NCBI GenBank assembly: GCA_964016885.1
Contig: OZ024750.1
Span: forward strand, 36,704,001-36,768,000
DNA length: 64,000 bases
Direction: 5' to 3'
Source of the DNA: Eledone cirrhosa
Lineage: Eukaryota
The notes beneath the pieces were generated by a model. It searched no databases. It saw only the letters and a program-made list of their open reading frames with translations, and was not told the DNA's origin. Position 1 is the first letter of the stretch. Every line of letters starts with the position of its first letter. The translations under genes were made by a program, and so were the position numbers. Below are positions 38,351 to 50,739 of the stretch, piece after piece.

Positions 38351-39038
38351 TCATCATCATCATCGTTTAACGTCCGTGTTCCACGCTTGCATGGGTTTGG
38401 ACGGGGGTTTTCCCACTTGAGGCAAGAGTGATTGTCTTGCTCGCATAGGACTGTCTGGCGGGATTTCTACAGTTGGATGCCCTTCCTAACACCAACCACA
38501 TTTACAGTGTGGGGCTGGGAGGTTTTTACCGTGTTGCCTACACAGCCACATTACAGCGTGGACTGTATGGCGGGTTTTCTACAGCTGGATGCCCTTCCTA
38601 ACACCAACCACATTTACAGTGTAGGGCTGGCAGGTTTTTACCGTGTTGCCTACACGGCCACATTACAGCATGGACTGTGTGTTTTTTTTGTCGTGACACC
38701 TACACGATCTCATTTGTTTCGACCTGGATGTTCTGGCACCAACATAACTATATATCATTAACGATATATTCTCCTTTGTATTCATTCCACTCTGCTTATA
38801 TTCCCGCCTGCTAAATATTAACGCTTCTAATATTTAACCCTATAGGCGCAAGTATTGGGCACATTTGCACAAGCTATTGGCAACTAAATATATGTATTGC
38901 TTATCCCTTCTTCTTTCTCGCGATACTTAAATATTCTATATATATATATATATCATCATCATCATAGTCTTTACGTCTGCATTTTCATGCTTGCATGGAT
39001 TGCGCAATATATATATAATATATAGCAGAGCATAGTTT

Positions 39039-39068
<30 letters not shown>

Positions 39069-39070
<2 letters not shown>

Positions 39071-39270
39071 GGAACAAGTAAGACCCCGATGGCTGAGCTC
39101 AAGCTATTTCGACGGCTAATTCTGGACTGTAGTCCAGAATTAGCCGTCGAAACGGCTTGAGCTCAGCCATCGGGGTCTTACTTGTTCCTATTACCCACTC
39201 TACTACCCTAAGTATTGAGTACTTTGGTGCGTTATGGTCCACCTGGTTCCTTACCACATTTCCTTCGTTA
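39069..39270. repeat. TA-flanked element beginning with a palindrome of 60-bp arms
   Basis: 39069-39128 pairs with 39131-39190 (2 mismatches); relative at 59984-60047 and 60430-60572. Confidence 0.8.
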
Positions 39271-39524
39271 TATATATATATATATATATATATATAAGAA
39301 GTCTGCATACATTTGTCATTTATATTTGAGAATGATATGCAGTATACAACTCTGAATATTTTATTTAGGTCCCATTCTAATATTTCTCAAATCTTCATAA
39401 ACTAAAAAAAAAGTTATATGGTAGTATAAATATATTAAATACTGAAATATTTTATAGAAACCTTCATAGTTTTGTCACAGTGAATTGCATGAGTTTATCA
39501 GGCAGTCCTTGTCTTCAAACCATT

Positions 39525-40230
39525 ATTCTACATACACAAACACTACAACAGTTCTTGTATAATACTCTCCTACACAAACACTACAACAGGTCTTGTATAA
39601 TATTACCTACACAAACACTACAACAGTTCTTGTATAATACTCTACCTACACAAACACTACAACAGTTCTTGTATAATATTACCTACACAAACACTACAAC
39701 AGTTCTTGTATAAGACTACCTATACAAACACTACAACAGTTCTTGTATAATATTACCTACACAAACACTACGACAGTTCTTGTATAATACTACCTACACA
39801 AACACTACAACAGTTTTTGTATAATACTCCACCTATACAAACACTACAACAGTTCTTGTATAATACTCTACCTACACAAACACTACGACAGTTCTTGTAT
39901 AAGACTACCTATACACACACTACAACAGTTCTTGTATAAGACTATACCTACTCAAATACTATTACGTTGGTTCTTGTATAATATTCTACTATATAAATAC
40001 TGTAACAACTTTTCTTGTTTAATATTCTACCTGCACAAATAATATTACAATGTTGCTTGTATAATATTATACCTACACAAACACTACAACAGTTCTTGTA
40101 TAAGACTATACCTACACAAGTACTATTACATTGGTTCTTGTATAAGAATATACCAACACAAGTACTATTACATTAGTTCTTGAATAACACTCTACCTTCA
40201 CAAACACTATAACTGTTCTTGTATAATATC
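39525..40230. repeat. ~38-41-bp minisatellite (cctacacaaacactacaacagttcttgtataatact)
   Basis: Many tandem copies, degenerating toward the right. Confidence 0.9.
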
Positions 40231-41007
40231 CTTTAATATAATATATTTAGTAAATAATATTTTCAAAACAGATAATGTTAAGATATTTACATAATCTTAG
40301 AGCTGTATTTATATGTACATATCAAATTTTCTGTCAATTTAAGTCTATAAAATACATTGAATAATACAAGGACATTAACTCATGCTTTCATTTTATATAT
40401 TTTCTCTCTTAGTAAGTCCTCATTAAATGAGGAATCAGAATGACTGAAAGAGGTTAGTGTGTTTATATACGAAACCATTGTAAATAAGGTATTCAGTAGA
40501 AACACAGTTTAGGTAATGGAATTTCAGAAGGATAGAGTTCTGGAAATGAAGATATGTAGAAAAGGTTTTATATTAGGGGACACATCAAAAAGCACCCAGT
40601 CTGCCCTGTAGGTGGACCTGGTGGTATCATGATGAAAAAAAATCCAGTCCACTATGTAAAGTGGTTGTATTGGTGCCACAAAAAAAAACATCAAGTCCAC
40701 ACTGTTAGTACCATAATGAAAAATCACACAGTCCACTATGTAAGTTGGTCATGTTGATGTCAAGATAAAAAGCACCCAGTCCACGCTGTAAAGTTGTGGA
40801 AGTGGTGGTGCCACAAGAAAAGCTCCCAGTACACTGTAATATAGGTCACGTTAAGAAGGACATCCAGTTATAGAAAACCAATCCCCAAAACATATCTGTA
40901 TGAGCAAGAAGTGGTCACCTGACCTGGCTGTCCTCATAACAATTTGTCGAGCCCAATCATAGAAAATAGACATTAAAGGCTGATAATGATGATGATTAAA
41001 TATATAT

Positions 41008-41353
41008 GGAGGTACATGGCTTAGTGGTTAGAGCATTGGCCTTGCAATCGAAAGGTTGTGAGTTCAATTCTCAGACCGGGTGATGTGTTGTTTCCTTGAG
41101 CAAGACACTTTATTTCACATTGCTCCAGTTGACTCAGCTGTAGAAATGAGATGATAGGGACCGGGGTCCATATCATTTCACTGCAAAGTGGTCGTGGAGG
41201 TGCCACGGCAAAAAGCACCCAGCACTCACTGTAAACGAGGTTGGTGTTAGGAAGGGCATCCAGCTGTAGAAATCAAGCCAGAATCAGTTCCCGTCCCACC
41301 CTTGCAAGCAGGGAAAAGCGGACGTAAAATGATGATGATGATGATGATAATGA
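41008..41353 (+). mobile_element. SINE family A, full length
   Basis: Consensus match with (GAT)n tail. Confidence 0.9.
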
Positions 41354-41504
41354 TATATATATACATTTATTAAGGCTAAATAGTGAGTGTTGTTACTCTA
41401 GAGTTTCACCTTTTTATCACAAAGTCATCAGACAAGAACTAATTCTTTTCTCTCAGCCAGCAACCCCATATGGATATATATACATACATATGAATAAAAT
41501 GAGT

Positions 41505-41572
41505 CCTTCATCAGTGATCTTCCAACCTTCATTGGTATTTCATCGCTTTAAAGATCATATACCTCTGGTTGG
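41505..41572 (-). ncRNA. Candidate permuted (pseudoknotted) hammerhead ribozyme
   Basis: Minus strand: ccaacc-aga-GGTAT-A-TGATCTT-taaagcgat-GAA-ATACC-aatgaa-ggttgg-AAGATCA-CTGATGA-agg. Confidence 0.65.
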
Positions 41573-41992
41573 TGCAAGCAACAGCTAAAGAAAGTCATTG
41601 GGACACGTAAATAGGGGGAACGAGCGAGACAGTAAACACACAAACAAATATGGTAATGCAACGAAAAGTGAGGAAGAAGGAGTCAAGTCCCTGAAATCGA
41701 TGAACATAAGTTCTGTGAAATCGTAGACGAGAGAAAAAAAGACCATCCAACCTGGTTACATACATGTATATATTATATATATATATATATCCTTTTTTCC
41801 CTTTTCTCTTTCTTTTTTTTCCCTCTTCCAACGACTTAATTTAAATATACTGTTATTTAAACCTTTCCAACACTAATTTGCATAATAAACCAACAATAAA
41901 TCTAATTGCTCCACTATCCAGGAGACTCTAACCCTGAAGGTTGCATTTTTTCAGGGTATGTCAATATTTATTTATAAAACTAATCTATATTA

Positions 41993-42058
41993 TATTTTAT
42001 CTGATGAAAGCACACCATAATCTGCCTTGGTGACCCTTGAAATATGTATAATGAAATA
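41993..42058 (+). ncRNA. Type I hammerhead motif (H1)
   Basis: tattttat CTGATGA aagcacacca..tggtgaccctt GAA ATATGTAT A atgaaata. Confidence 0.55.
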
Positions 42059-42098
42059 AATATGGTTTTATAAATATAGTTTCCATTTGTTAATATAT

Positions 42099-42132
<34 letters not shown>

Positions 42133-42311
42133 GATAATAATAATATTTATACTTATATATACACTATATATAATTATAAACAGGAAAGGTCAGTAATTCA
42201 TTACCACCTTATTACCAGTAAGAAAAATAGCTCAATGTAAATACATCAGATGTTTTACAGAGTCGGAATATAAATTACAGAATAATCAAAACTATGTTCA
42301 AAACATTTTAT

Positions 42312-42358
42312 TGCTGACAATCGTTTCTTCCAAACTTTCGTTTGGAATCATCAGAGCA
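42312..42358 (-). ncRNA. Type I hammerhead ribozyme with GUC triplet
   Basis: tgct CTGATGA ttccaaac-gaaa-gtttggaa GAAAC gatt GTC agca, with AATAAA immediately 3'. Confidence 0.8.
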
Positions 42359-43263
42359 CTAACAAAGTTTAGACATATAATTAACCTCCTATTCCACAGA
42401 ACAATTGTAAAGATACGTAGATGTTAGTGTTGTCATTAACAGTGTAATATTTAAAGAGTGGAGATGATATGGTCAGTATCAGTGGGTGTGACAAAGATTA
42501 TAAAATTATAAAAGAATAATACAACAATTATAGAAGAATTAAAGAAGAGAGTTACTCGCAAAACGAGAACATTAGCAGTACATATGCAAACGTAAAGAAA
42601 GAGTGCAGAGGTATTAGGCATGTACAGAATAACCAGGTAAGATACAAACAATGGTACTAAGCATATATATCACAGTATGGCAAAGGTATCACATAATACA
42701 ATACAGGTATAAAAGCATATCAAGCAACAGAGATGCGTCGGTATGAAAAGCAGTTTCTATGAAGTTTATGGTGGATGTAATGTGATAATTGTTCCGGTAA
42801 TTTTCAAATGTGCATGTGTTGTGAGTATTAATATCAAGGTTTTCTTTTCCATTGCATTGGTTATATTTTAGTAAGTGTTTATCAGTGGCTACAACTATGG
42901 ATTGTATATTGGTCCTATTACAATCTTATCAAGGGTTAAAGTTGTTCTGGACTAATTTGTCTAACAGTTTAATTTCAGGAAATTAAACCGTTAGACATAT
43001 CACTCCAAAATATGATGCCTATTCACATTTGAAAAAATATGATGCCTATTCACATTTGACAAAAATTATTTACAAGAAACAAAATAAGAATAAGATTTAA
43101 TAATGTAATTTTGATTTGATATATTACAAAAAATGTTTTCCAATTTTTCATGCATTACATTTTACATTGAAATGCAGAGTTTTTCTCCATAAATTATATC
43201 ACTGATTTAAAATCAATCATCATTTTCTTACAAAAAAAAATGGCGTGGGTAATTCGGCTAGTG

Positions 43264-43294
<31 letters not shown>

Positions 43295-43295
43295 G

Positions 43296-43848
43296 TTGGC
43301 TGCCAACTCGTTTTCAAGTACGGCCACTACTTTATATCCATGTAGGAGAACCCCTACCGATGCGCTGAACGAGTGTGACTTTTTAGTGCAGCCAGCGACT
43401 TGAAAACTCTGGTACAAACACTACACTTGTGACAATTATTGACACATAGTGCTGGGTCCATGGTACCATGTGACGACAAGTGCAGAGAGATCTCCAGATA
43501 TAAAGCAATGCCTGTGCCGTGAAGCTTTTATAGTGAGCAAAGGCACTGCACAAAGCCAGTCCCACTCTCTTAACCAAGATGATATTTACCAAAAAGAAGA
43601 ACAAGACAACATCATTGGATAGCATCAGAGTTGCAGGTGTTATATCAGAGTTTTCCTTCTCCTAGAATTCTGCCTTGACAAAGGCTAAGGGGTTATCTCT
43701 ATTGGATGGCCATTGACTCTTAAGAGCTCCATTGCCCTTTGACAGGTTTTGTTTTTAGTCCTGCAGGATGTCCAAAGTCACCCTCCTCACCAAGAAACCT
43801 TGGTGGGGTTGCCAGTTTAGTCGCCAACGACCCGACCATGTGACACCC
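43296..43848 (-). mobile_element. Non-autonomous bipartite RTE derivative (RTE-like 5' UTR joined to 3' end)
   Basis: 5' part gggtgtcacatggtcgggtcgttggcgactaaactggcaacccc...ctaggagaaggaaaactc resembles RTE 5' UTRs; 3' part is a C2H2 remnant; no RT. Confidence 0.65.
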
Positions 43849-44480
43849 ATACATACATATATATATATGCACACATACATACATATATATATATTATTAC
43901 TATAATATATATAATATGTCTATATAATATGATTTGCTAATTTGTTGTGAAACTAACTCTCTCTCTCTCTCTCTTTATATATATATATATCATCATCATC
44001 ATCGTTTAACGTCCATCTTCCACGCTAGCATGGGTTTGGACGGGAATTTTCCGACTTGAGGCAAGATTGGTTGTCTTGCTCGTATAGGACTGTCTGGCAG
44101 GTTTTCTACGGCTGGATGCCCTTCCTGACACCAACCACGTTTACAGTGTGGACTGGGAGGTTTTTTCCGTGTTACCTACACGGCCACATTACAGCGTGGA
44201 CTGTGTGTTTTTTTTGTCGTGACACCTACACGACCTCATTTGTTTCGGACTGGATGTTGTGGTACCAACATAACTTTACATTGGAAGGGGTGGTGTGGAT
44301 GGGGTGGGGGTAGTGGGACGGGGTGTATTTTTGTTAGAGGTGCCTACTGACTGTAGGTTTCGCTTTGTACTTAGGCGAGGCGGGTATATATATATATATA
44401 TATATCCGGGAGCTTCCAACAGTAGTGGTTGCATTTTTTAAGGGTATGTCAATATTTATTTATAAAACTGATCTATATTG

Positions 44481-44545
44481 TATTTTGTCTGATGAAAGCA
44501 CACTATGATTTAACGTGGTGTCCTTGAAATATGTATAATAAAATA
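44481..44545 (+). ncRNA. Type I hammerhead motif (H1) in TA-flanked element 44405-44676
   Basis: tattttgt CTGATGA aagcacactatg..cgtggtgtcctt GAA ATATGTAT A ataaaata. Confidence 0.6.
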
Positions 44546-44672
44546 AATATGGTTTTATAAATATAGTTTCCATTTGTTAATATCGTATGTTTACTCCAAA
44601 TACTTGTTGAGTGCTTTATATCAGTTATAAAAATATTTGCTTGTTGTATCCCAACAATTTAAATAGAACTTT

Positions 44673-44722
<50 letters not shown>

Positions 44723-46089
44723 AACCCATGCCAGTAGAGAAAACGGATGTAAAATGATGTTGATGATAAATTTTCTTCTGTTTGATCTGATTCGCTCTCA
44801 ATTAGATACAGATCTGTTTTGCACTTAAACTGAATTAACATTTGCTACTCCCATGAAGATAAGAGGGACATTTTCATGAGTTGACCTTTTCAACTGCTGG
44901 TTTCAGTTGCTTTGCAATGTGGCAACTTGAATAGAAATGGATATTCTAATGATCAGCTAGTTTGGTCAGATGATGATTAACGTCTGTTTTCAAGGTCAAT
45001 TTGTTATAATGTGTATATATTTGTTATTTTATAGAGATGATGAAAATGGAAATTATATAGCCTAATGTTTATTAAACAGAAATATTGAAGATATTTTGAT
45101 GAAAGCATTTATATTTCATGAGGATTGATTTGAATTTATAAAATATAGCAATCCTTTGATGCCATAGAAACTACATCAGTAGATTCTATTTACCATTATA
45201 GATTTCTATAATAGAATACATGATGAGAATTTCCAAATTATTATTAATATTCAACTACATAGCAAAGTCTCCTTGAAGATCATTTTTCAAAGAACATTTC
45301 CACCATTGTCTCAGTTATGTGCAAACCTTTATCTTGTTTAAAGATGAAAGCAGTATTATTCAATAAATTTAAACTCATGTCTCTTGTATTAGTTACATGT
45401 CTATTCCTGCTTCTTATAATGATGTTGCTACTTAAACAAAACTACTAACATTTCATCAATAAATTACTCATGAATAAAACACACATACTAATTCCATTGC
45501 AATGATTACTAGTTACAGCTTCCATGGCAGCTTATATTATTGTTGAGTTTGTTATTGATTCTGGCTTATTAGGAAACACACAAGCAATTAACTGTGAAGC
45601 AAATCTTTGCTCTGAAGACAACCAAATGAAGTTAATATCAACAGAAGCATTCATTCAAAGAGATTTATTATCACCCTGTATAGAGTGTAATAGGCTTCTT
45701 CCTGCACTTCAGATAGTCAAGATTCTAAGGTACGAGGTTAAGGTCAAAATGTGATGAAAAAGCAACAGAAAGAATTATTAATTCTGTAATATTTCAAAGG
45801 TTTAAAGTGTAGTGACAAAAAGCTATTATTCTATGTTTCGGAACACCATTCTTGAACCAAACATACAATATATTCTGAGTTAGGTAATTTAAATATAATT
45901 AAACCTACATTCTTTAGATATAAACACCAGTAAACACTTATTCTTTCTTCTGATGAAGGACTAGCATTTGTAAAGTTGAGACTCTTTTCCTACTATATCA
46001 AGCGTAAAACTAAGAACATATTTCTTCATTGTACTGTGTTTTTTGCTTTGTTTTATTTCTGTTTGCCTTTTGCATACATATATATACTA

Positions 46090-46180
<91 letters not shown>

Positions 46181-48628
46181 ATAAGAGGCACAATACCTTT
46201 CCCTTGTCGTCACGTGAAACTTCTATGTGTGCTTGTCATAGCTTAATTGCTATAAGTTGCTGTTTTGTCTTCTCTCTTACTTCATTGGACAGTGCTTTGA
46301 TATGTGTCAGACACTGTGACCCTCAGGTGAACCAACAGTACCGTTGGTAGGGGGTCAGAACTGCCAAAGTCCATCTCAATGGCCCTAGAGTTCTGTGTCT
46401 TTCGTTTGTATTTTTATTTTCTAAAAATAATTTTTTAAGGTTTCCTATCCATATGTAACCCCAATATATAGGATAAGTATAAGGTCTTTCCCTGATTATG
46501 AAATACCATATCTCGGATGCTATTTCAGATTTTATTTTTTCATTGTTTTAATTCATAAATTTTTAGTTTAAAGTTTTCCTGAACATGTTTTACATTTTCT
46601 CTTCTACAGGAAGTAGTTGTCATTTTCAGTAACAAAATAGCAACTATGAAACAAAACACACAGTATTTTTGTGGTTTGCTCACTCTGTATTTTTTGCAAA
46701 ATAGGGCACTGTTTGTTACTAGGGATTACCAAAACATTTTTTAAGGGGGATTAACAAAATAACTTCATTCATCTTCCATGAAAAAGGGAGTTCTAGCAGA
46801 GCTCTTTTGTTTTATAAAATGTTAAAAGAATTTTAGTCTCCCTTGAACAATATATAAAATGTTCTCATCGATAGCATCAATAAATGTTTGATAAGACTCA
46901 TTGATTTTAACAGTTCAGTGAGCATGAAATTACATGACACTAAAAATAAAAATTGACTCCTTTACCTTTCTGAAATCTAATCTAGAGTATTCTGTAATAT
47001 CTTATCTGCAGCAAATCACTTTTATTTTATACACTTCATCCAGTCTTCATGTTGATTTATTTGGCAAGAGGTTTGTACCTTTATAACTGATATATGTAGC
47101 TGGTATTATGGTTATTGTATAACAGAAAACTATTGAAACTATTGTATATCATGCGAAAGTAATAAAGACATTATTTTAAGTTTTTTCTGAAACATCATGA
47201 GAGGAAATGAGACAAACCAATATTAACTTTAATATCTGTTGGAGAATCCAGTTTCATTTAAATAACTAATATTTATTCCCGCTTAAAAAGATATAATACG
47301 ATTTTGCACTGTACAGGAAATCTGGTGCAACCGAATAAGGAAAGTATAAAACAGTACAAGGAACACAATTATTACAGAATACAAAAAATTCCTACAGATC
47401 TTGTTGAGAGTAATAAAAAACAGTAACAATATCTAGACGAAAATCAATACAAGCAAAAAAAATAACTGCATTATGAGGAATAATTTTTGTGTATGCTTTT
47501 ATGCTCCTTGAAGTGTAAAATCTAGAGCCTCCTGAGAATTATTTGATTACTTTAGTAGCTTAGCTAGTGTGTTAATGTATCATCTTTGAGAAATAAAAAT
47601 GTTGAGATTCTAAATATTTTACTACAGTACAGAATGATATAATGTCATAAAATTTCTGAACACGACTTTTCACTATGTTGTTAATGTATTTTAATACATG
47701 TATAAATAAACAAATTATAGCTGTTACACTTGCAATTTATGAAATACCACATACAAATTTGAATAGTCTATTGAACGTAAAATAGTAATGTTCAAATTTG
47801 CTTAAACTCATTATAGAAAGATGGAGAGACAAGTAGAAATATGTTCAAAAGGGCCTAATGGAAATTGATCATTGAAGATATTTTGCTTTTAGCTGGAAAA
47901 CAGAATCAATGTTATTCTATTATTAAATATAGCTGATGGCTTACTCAGTCATTGAATATAGTCACTCTTTGAACTACTTGTTAAACACTGGTTTTATCTG
48001 ATTAACTGCTGTAAAAAAAATCAATGTTACATCAACTGAATACATCATTTAGTAATTAAACTAAGTTAGTGGATACAATATAATTCTTTAACTAAATAAC
48101 AACATAGATCTGTTGTCAAAATGTATTGGTTAGATCTTAAAACTTGAAGTACATTCAATATTTGAGTTTCAAAAATTATAGCAAAAATAATAGATTAAAA
48201 TAACAAACCAGCCAAGCTAAAATCAATTTCGTATTTACTAGTTACACCAAGAAATTTAATTTAATTTAATTTAAATGTTACATTATACTGCATAGTAGCA
48301 ACCCATGGCCAAATGGATACAAATATGGTAGCTTCTTTCTTGAGATCTGTTTGCTTTTATCTAAGAAATATGAAGATAAATAGCTATGGGTAAAGGTAAA
48401 AATATCTAAATAAGTACTTTTTATGTTTAACTGTGTGAGAAATAACTAAATCATTTAGTGCTAATTTTATCATTTTAGAGGGTGTTTCTATAATTCTATT
48501 CCATTAAACAAGTAGAGACAACAAACCTATGTCAGAACTTCATTTAACCTGAGACAAAGCCAAATTTTTTCAGTGTTAGTAAACACATTTGGAAGTTTCA
48601 TACCATACCAATATTCCCTTTGTTACTA

Positions 48629-48820
48629 ATAATTGTTTCTACTTTAGGCACAAGGCCAGCAATTACCCAGTACATTACTGGTACTTTATTTTATCGACCC
48701 CGTAAGGATGAAAGGCAAAGTTAACCTCGGCGGGATTTGAACTCAGAATGGCAAGGGCAGTAACTCTATGCTAGAAAGCATGGCGTCCAACCCTCTACCG
48801 ATACTGCCAATTCACCGCCC
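48629..48820 (-). mobile_element. SINE B, full length
   Basis: Consensus match; TSD tttgttactaataat. Confidence 0.9.
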
Positions 48821-49305
48821 TTTGTTACTAATAATATAGATGTGATTGAACTAGCAAATTAAATTTCTTATTTTAAACACAAAGAAACTCTTATTCTATA
48901 GATTATTCTATTTATAAGCTAATTATAATATTTTTAAAAGATATAGAATGATTTTTTTTTTTTTTGTACTGATTAGTTTTACAGAGAGGCACAATTTAAG
49001 ACATGTCACTTGAACATTACATACTACACTTTACACAGTGTTTAGAATGTGTAAAGTGTAGAATAAATACAGACAATAACATCATTTGTGCTAAACATGA
49101 GACATAAATTAACATTGTTCAGCAGATGTCATATCATTCTTTACACAGAGATTATCAAGCTGTAATTACCATTTCTGTTGAAAGAATTTCACATACTCAG
49201 TCATTTTTGGACCCCATTAGTTGTCAGGCATAAATCCACTGACTAATGTATGTATTTATAAGCATTCCTCGACACTATTTTATTGGCCACAGTCAGTTAT
49301 ATATA

Positions 49306-49697
49306 TTGATTTCTGATTTAAGCACAAGGCCAGCAATTTTGGAGGAGGGAAAAGTTGATTAAATTGACCCCAGTGCATGACTGGTGCTTTATTTCATCGA
49401 CCCCATAAAGATGAAAGGCAATGTTAACCTTGGCAGGATTTGAACTCAGAACGTAAAGGGCCATAACTCTATGCTGCATAGCATGGTGTTCAATGCTCTA
49501 CCAATTCTGCCAATCCACTGCCCTAGGCTGCTATATATAATTGTTTCTACTTTTGGCACAATGGGCCAGCAATTATCCCAGTGTATTACTGGTACTTTAT
49601 TTTATTGACCCCGTAAGGCAAAGTTAACCTTGGCGGGATTTGAACTCAGAATGACAAGGGCTGTAACTCTTTGCATCAAAGCATGGCGTCCGACCCT
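49306..49697 (-). mobile_element. Two SINE B copies
   Basis: Consensus matches at 49306-49523 and 49538-49697. Confidence 0.85.
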
Positions 49698-49843
49698 GTT
49701 ATATATAATGAAAGGAAGTTTGGACATAGTTTATCATGTTTTATATGGTTGTCTTATGATGTTAACTTCTTAGTGTCTTCCAAACATTATAGGAAATGTT
49801 ACTTTACTAAACTCCCTTCTGTTAATTAATATAGTGGTGTATA

Positions 49844-50739
49844 CGAGGTGTGTCAAAAAAGTTCCGGGACTGATATCACAAAAGATTTATTTCAAACCTA
49901 AACTTCACACTAAGAGTTTTCTCCTTCAAAGTAATCCCCCTGGAGTCTAATGCACTTTTCCATCCTTTTCTGCCATGCTTGCATGCACTCCTGGAAGGAT
50001 TCTTCCGGGATCCTCCGCAGTTCTGTCGTCACGGCCTTTTTGATGTCGTCCACGTCTTCAAAACGAGTCCCCTCTGGGTCATACTCGAAGATCCATGACT
50101 CATCACCGCTGATGACTGTCCCTAGCAAGTCTGGTTTGGTTTCAAGACGCTCGAAGATGTCCTGGCACACTTGCATGCGTCGACCCTTCTGGTCATCGTT
50201 CAGCAGTTTTGGCACCATCTTCGCGCACACTTGCCGCATGTCCAAATCTTCAGTGAGAATCTTCCAGACGCTGTCCCGATTCATGCCCAGTTCATTTGCC
50301 ATCAGACGAACAGTCAGCCGACGATCCCTACGCACCTTCTGCCTGACGGGCCCAACGTTGACCTCAGTCCTGGTTGTTGTGGGCCTTCCGCTCCTGGGGT
50401 CATCTTCCACATCCTCGCGTCCTTCTTTAAACCTCTTGCACCACTCAAAAACACGTGAGCGTGACATCGTCTCATCTCCATACACTTGCTGCAGCAATCC
50501 CAGTGCTTCTGACGGAGTTTGCAAGTTTGTTCGTTGCTCTGTGCTCATTCCTTGACGATCTGAAACAGAGGACATGTATACAAAATTATGAAGAAAAAAG
50601 TTTGATCGCTGCAGGGAGCTAAGATTACAGTTACATACTCCAGGGGGATTACTTTGAAGGAGAAAACTCTTAGTGTGAAGTTTGGGTTTGAAATAAATCT
50701 TTTGTGACATCAGTCCTGGAACTTTTCTGACCCACCTCG
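49844..50739 (-). mobile_element. Internally deleted mariner element with 103-bp TIRs and TA duplication
   Basis: 49844-49946 is the inverse of 50637-50739; TA on both sides. Confidence 0.9.
49910..50548 (-). CDS. Truncated mariner transposase (HTH domains kept, most of the DD34D core deleted in frame), 212 aa from MSTEQR
   Basis: SRSRVFEWCKRFKEGREDVEDDPRSGRP, CAKMVPKLL, then GDESWIFEYDPE joined directly to GTRFED, ending GDYFEG; HDNA and YSPDLAP motifs absent. Expression unknown. Confidence 0.7.
   Translation of the reverse strand: MSTEQRTNLQTPSEALGLLQQVYGDETMSRSRVFEWCKRFKEGREDVEDDPRSGRPTTTRTEVNVGPVRQKVRRDRRLTVRLMANELGMNRDSVWKILTEDLDMRQVCAKMVPKLLNDDQKGRRMQVCQDIFERLETKPDLLGTVISGDESWIFEYDPEGTRFEDVDDIKKAVTTELRRIPEESFQECMQAWQKRMEKCIRLQGDYFEGENS

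Noticed and set aside
41008-41085. tRNA-like sequence with A and B boxes
   Set aside because: SINE head: acceptor stem does not close and it continues into the SINE body in every copy.
45524-45754. 76-aa ORF in unique-looking DNA
   Set aside because: No recognisable domain or convincing splice framework; length compatible with chance.
45945-45985. Third H2 hammerhead copy
   Set aside because: GAAA and stem II are degraded; homologous relic only.
50549-50710. N-terminal extension of the 266-aa mariner ORF
   Set aside because: Reads through the TIR and 5' UTR; transposase similarity begins at MSTEQR (50548).
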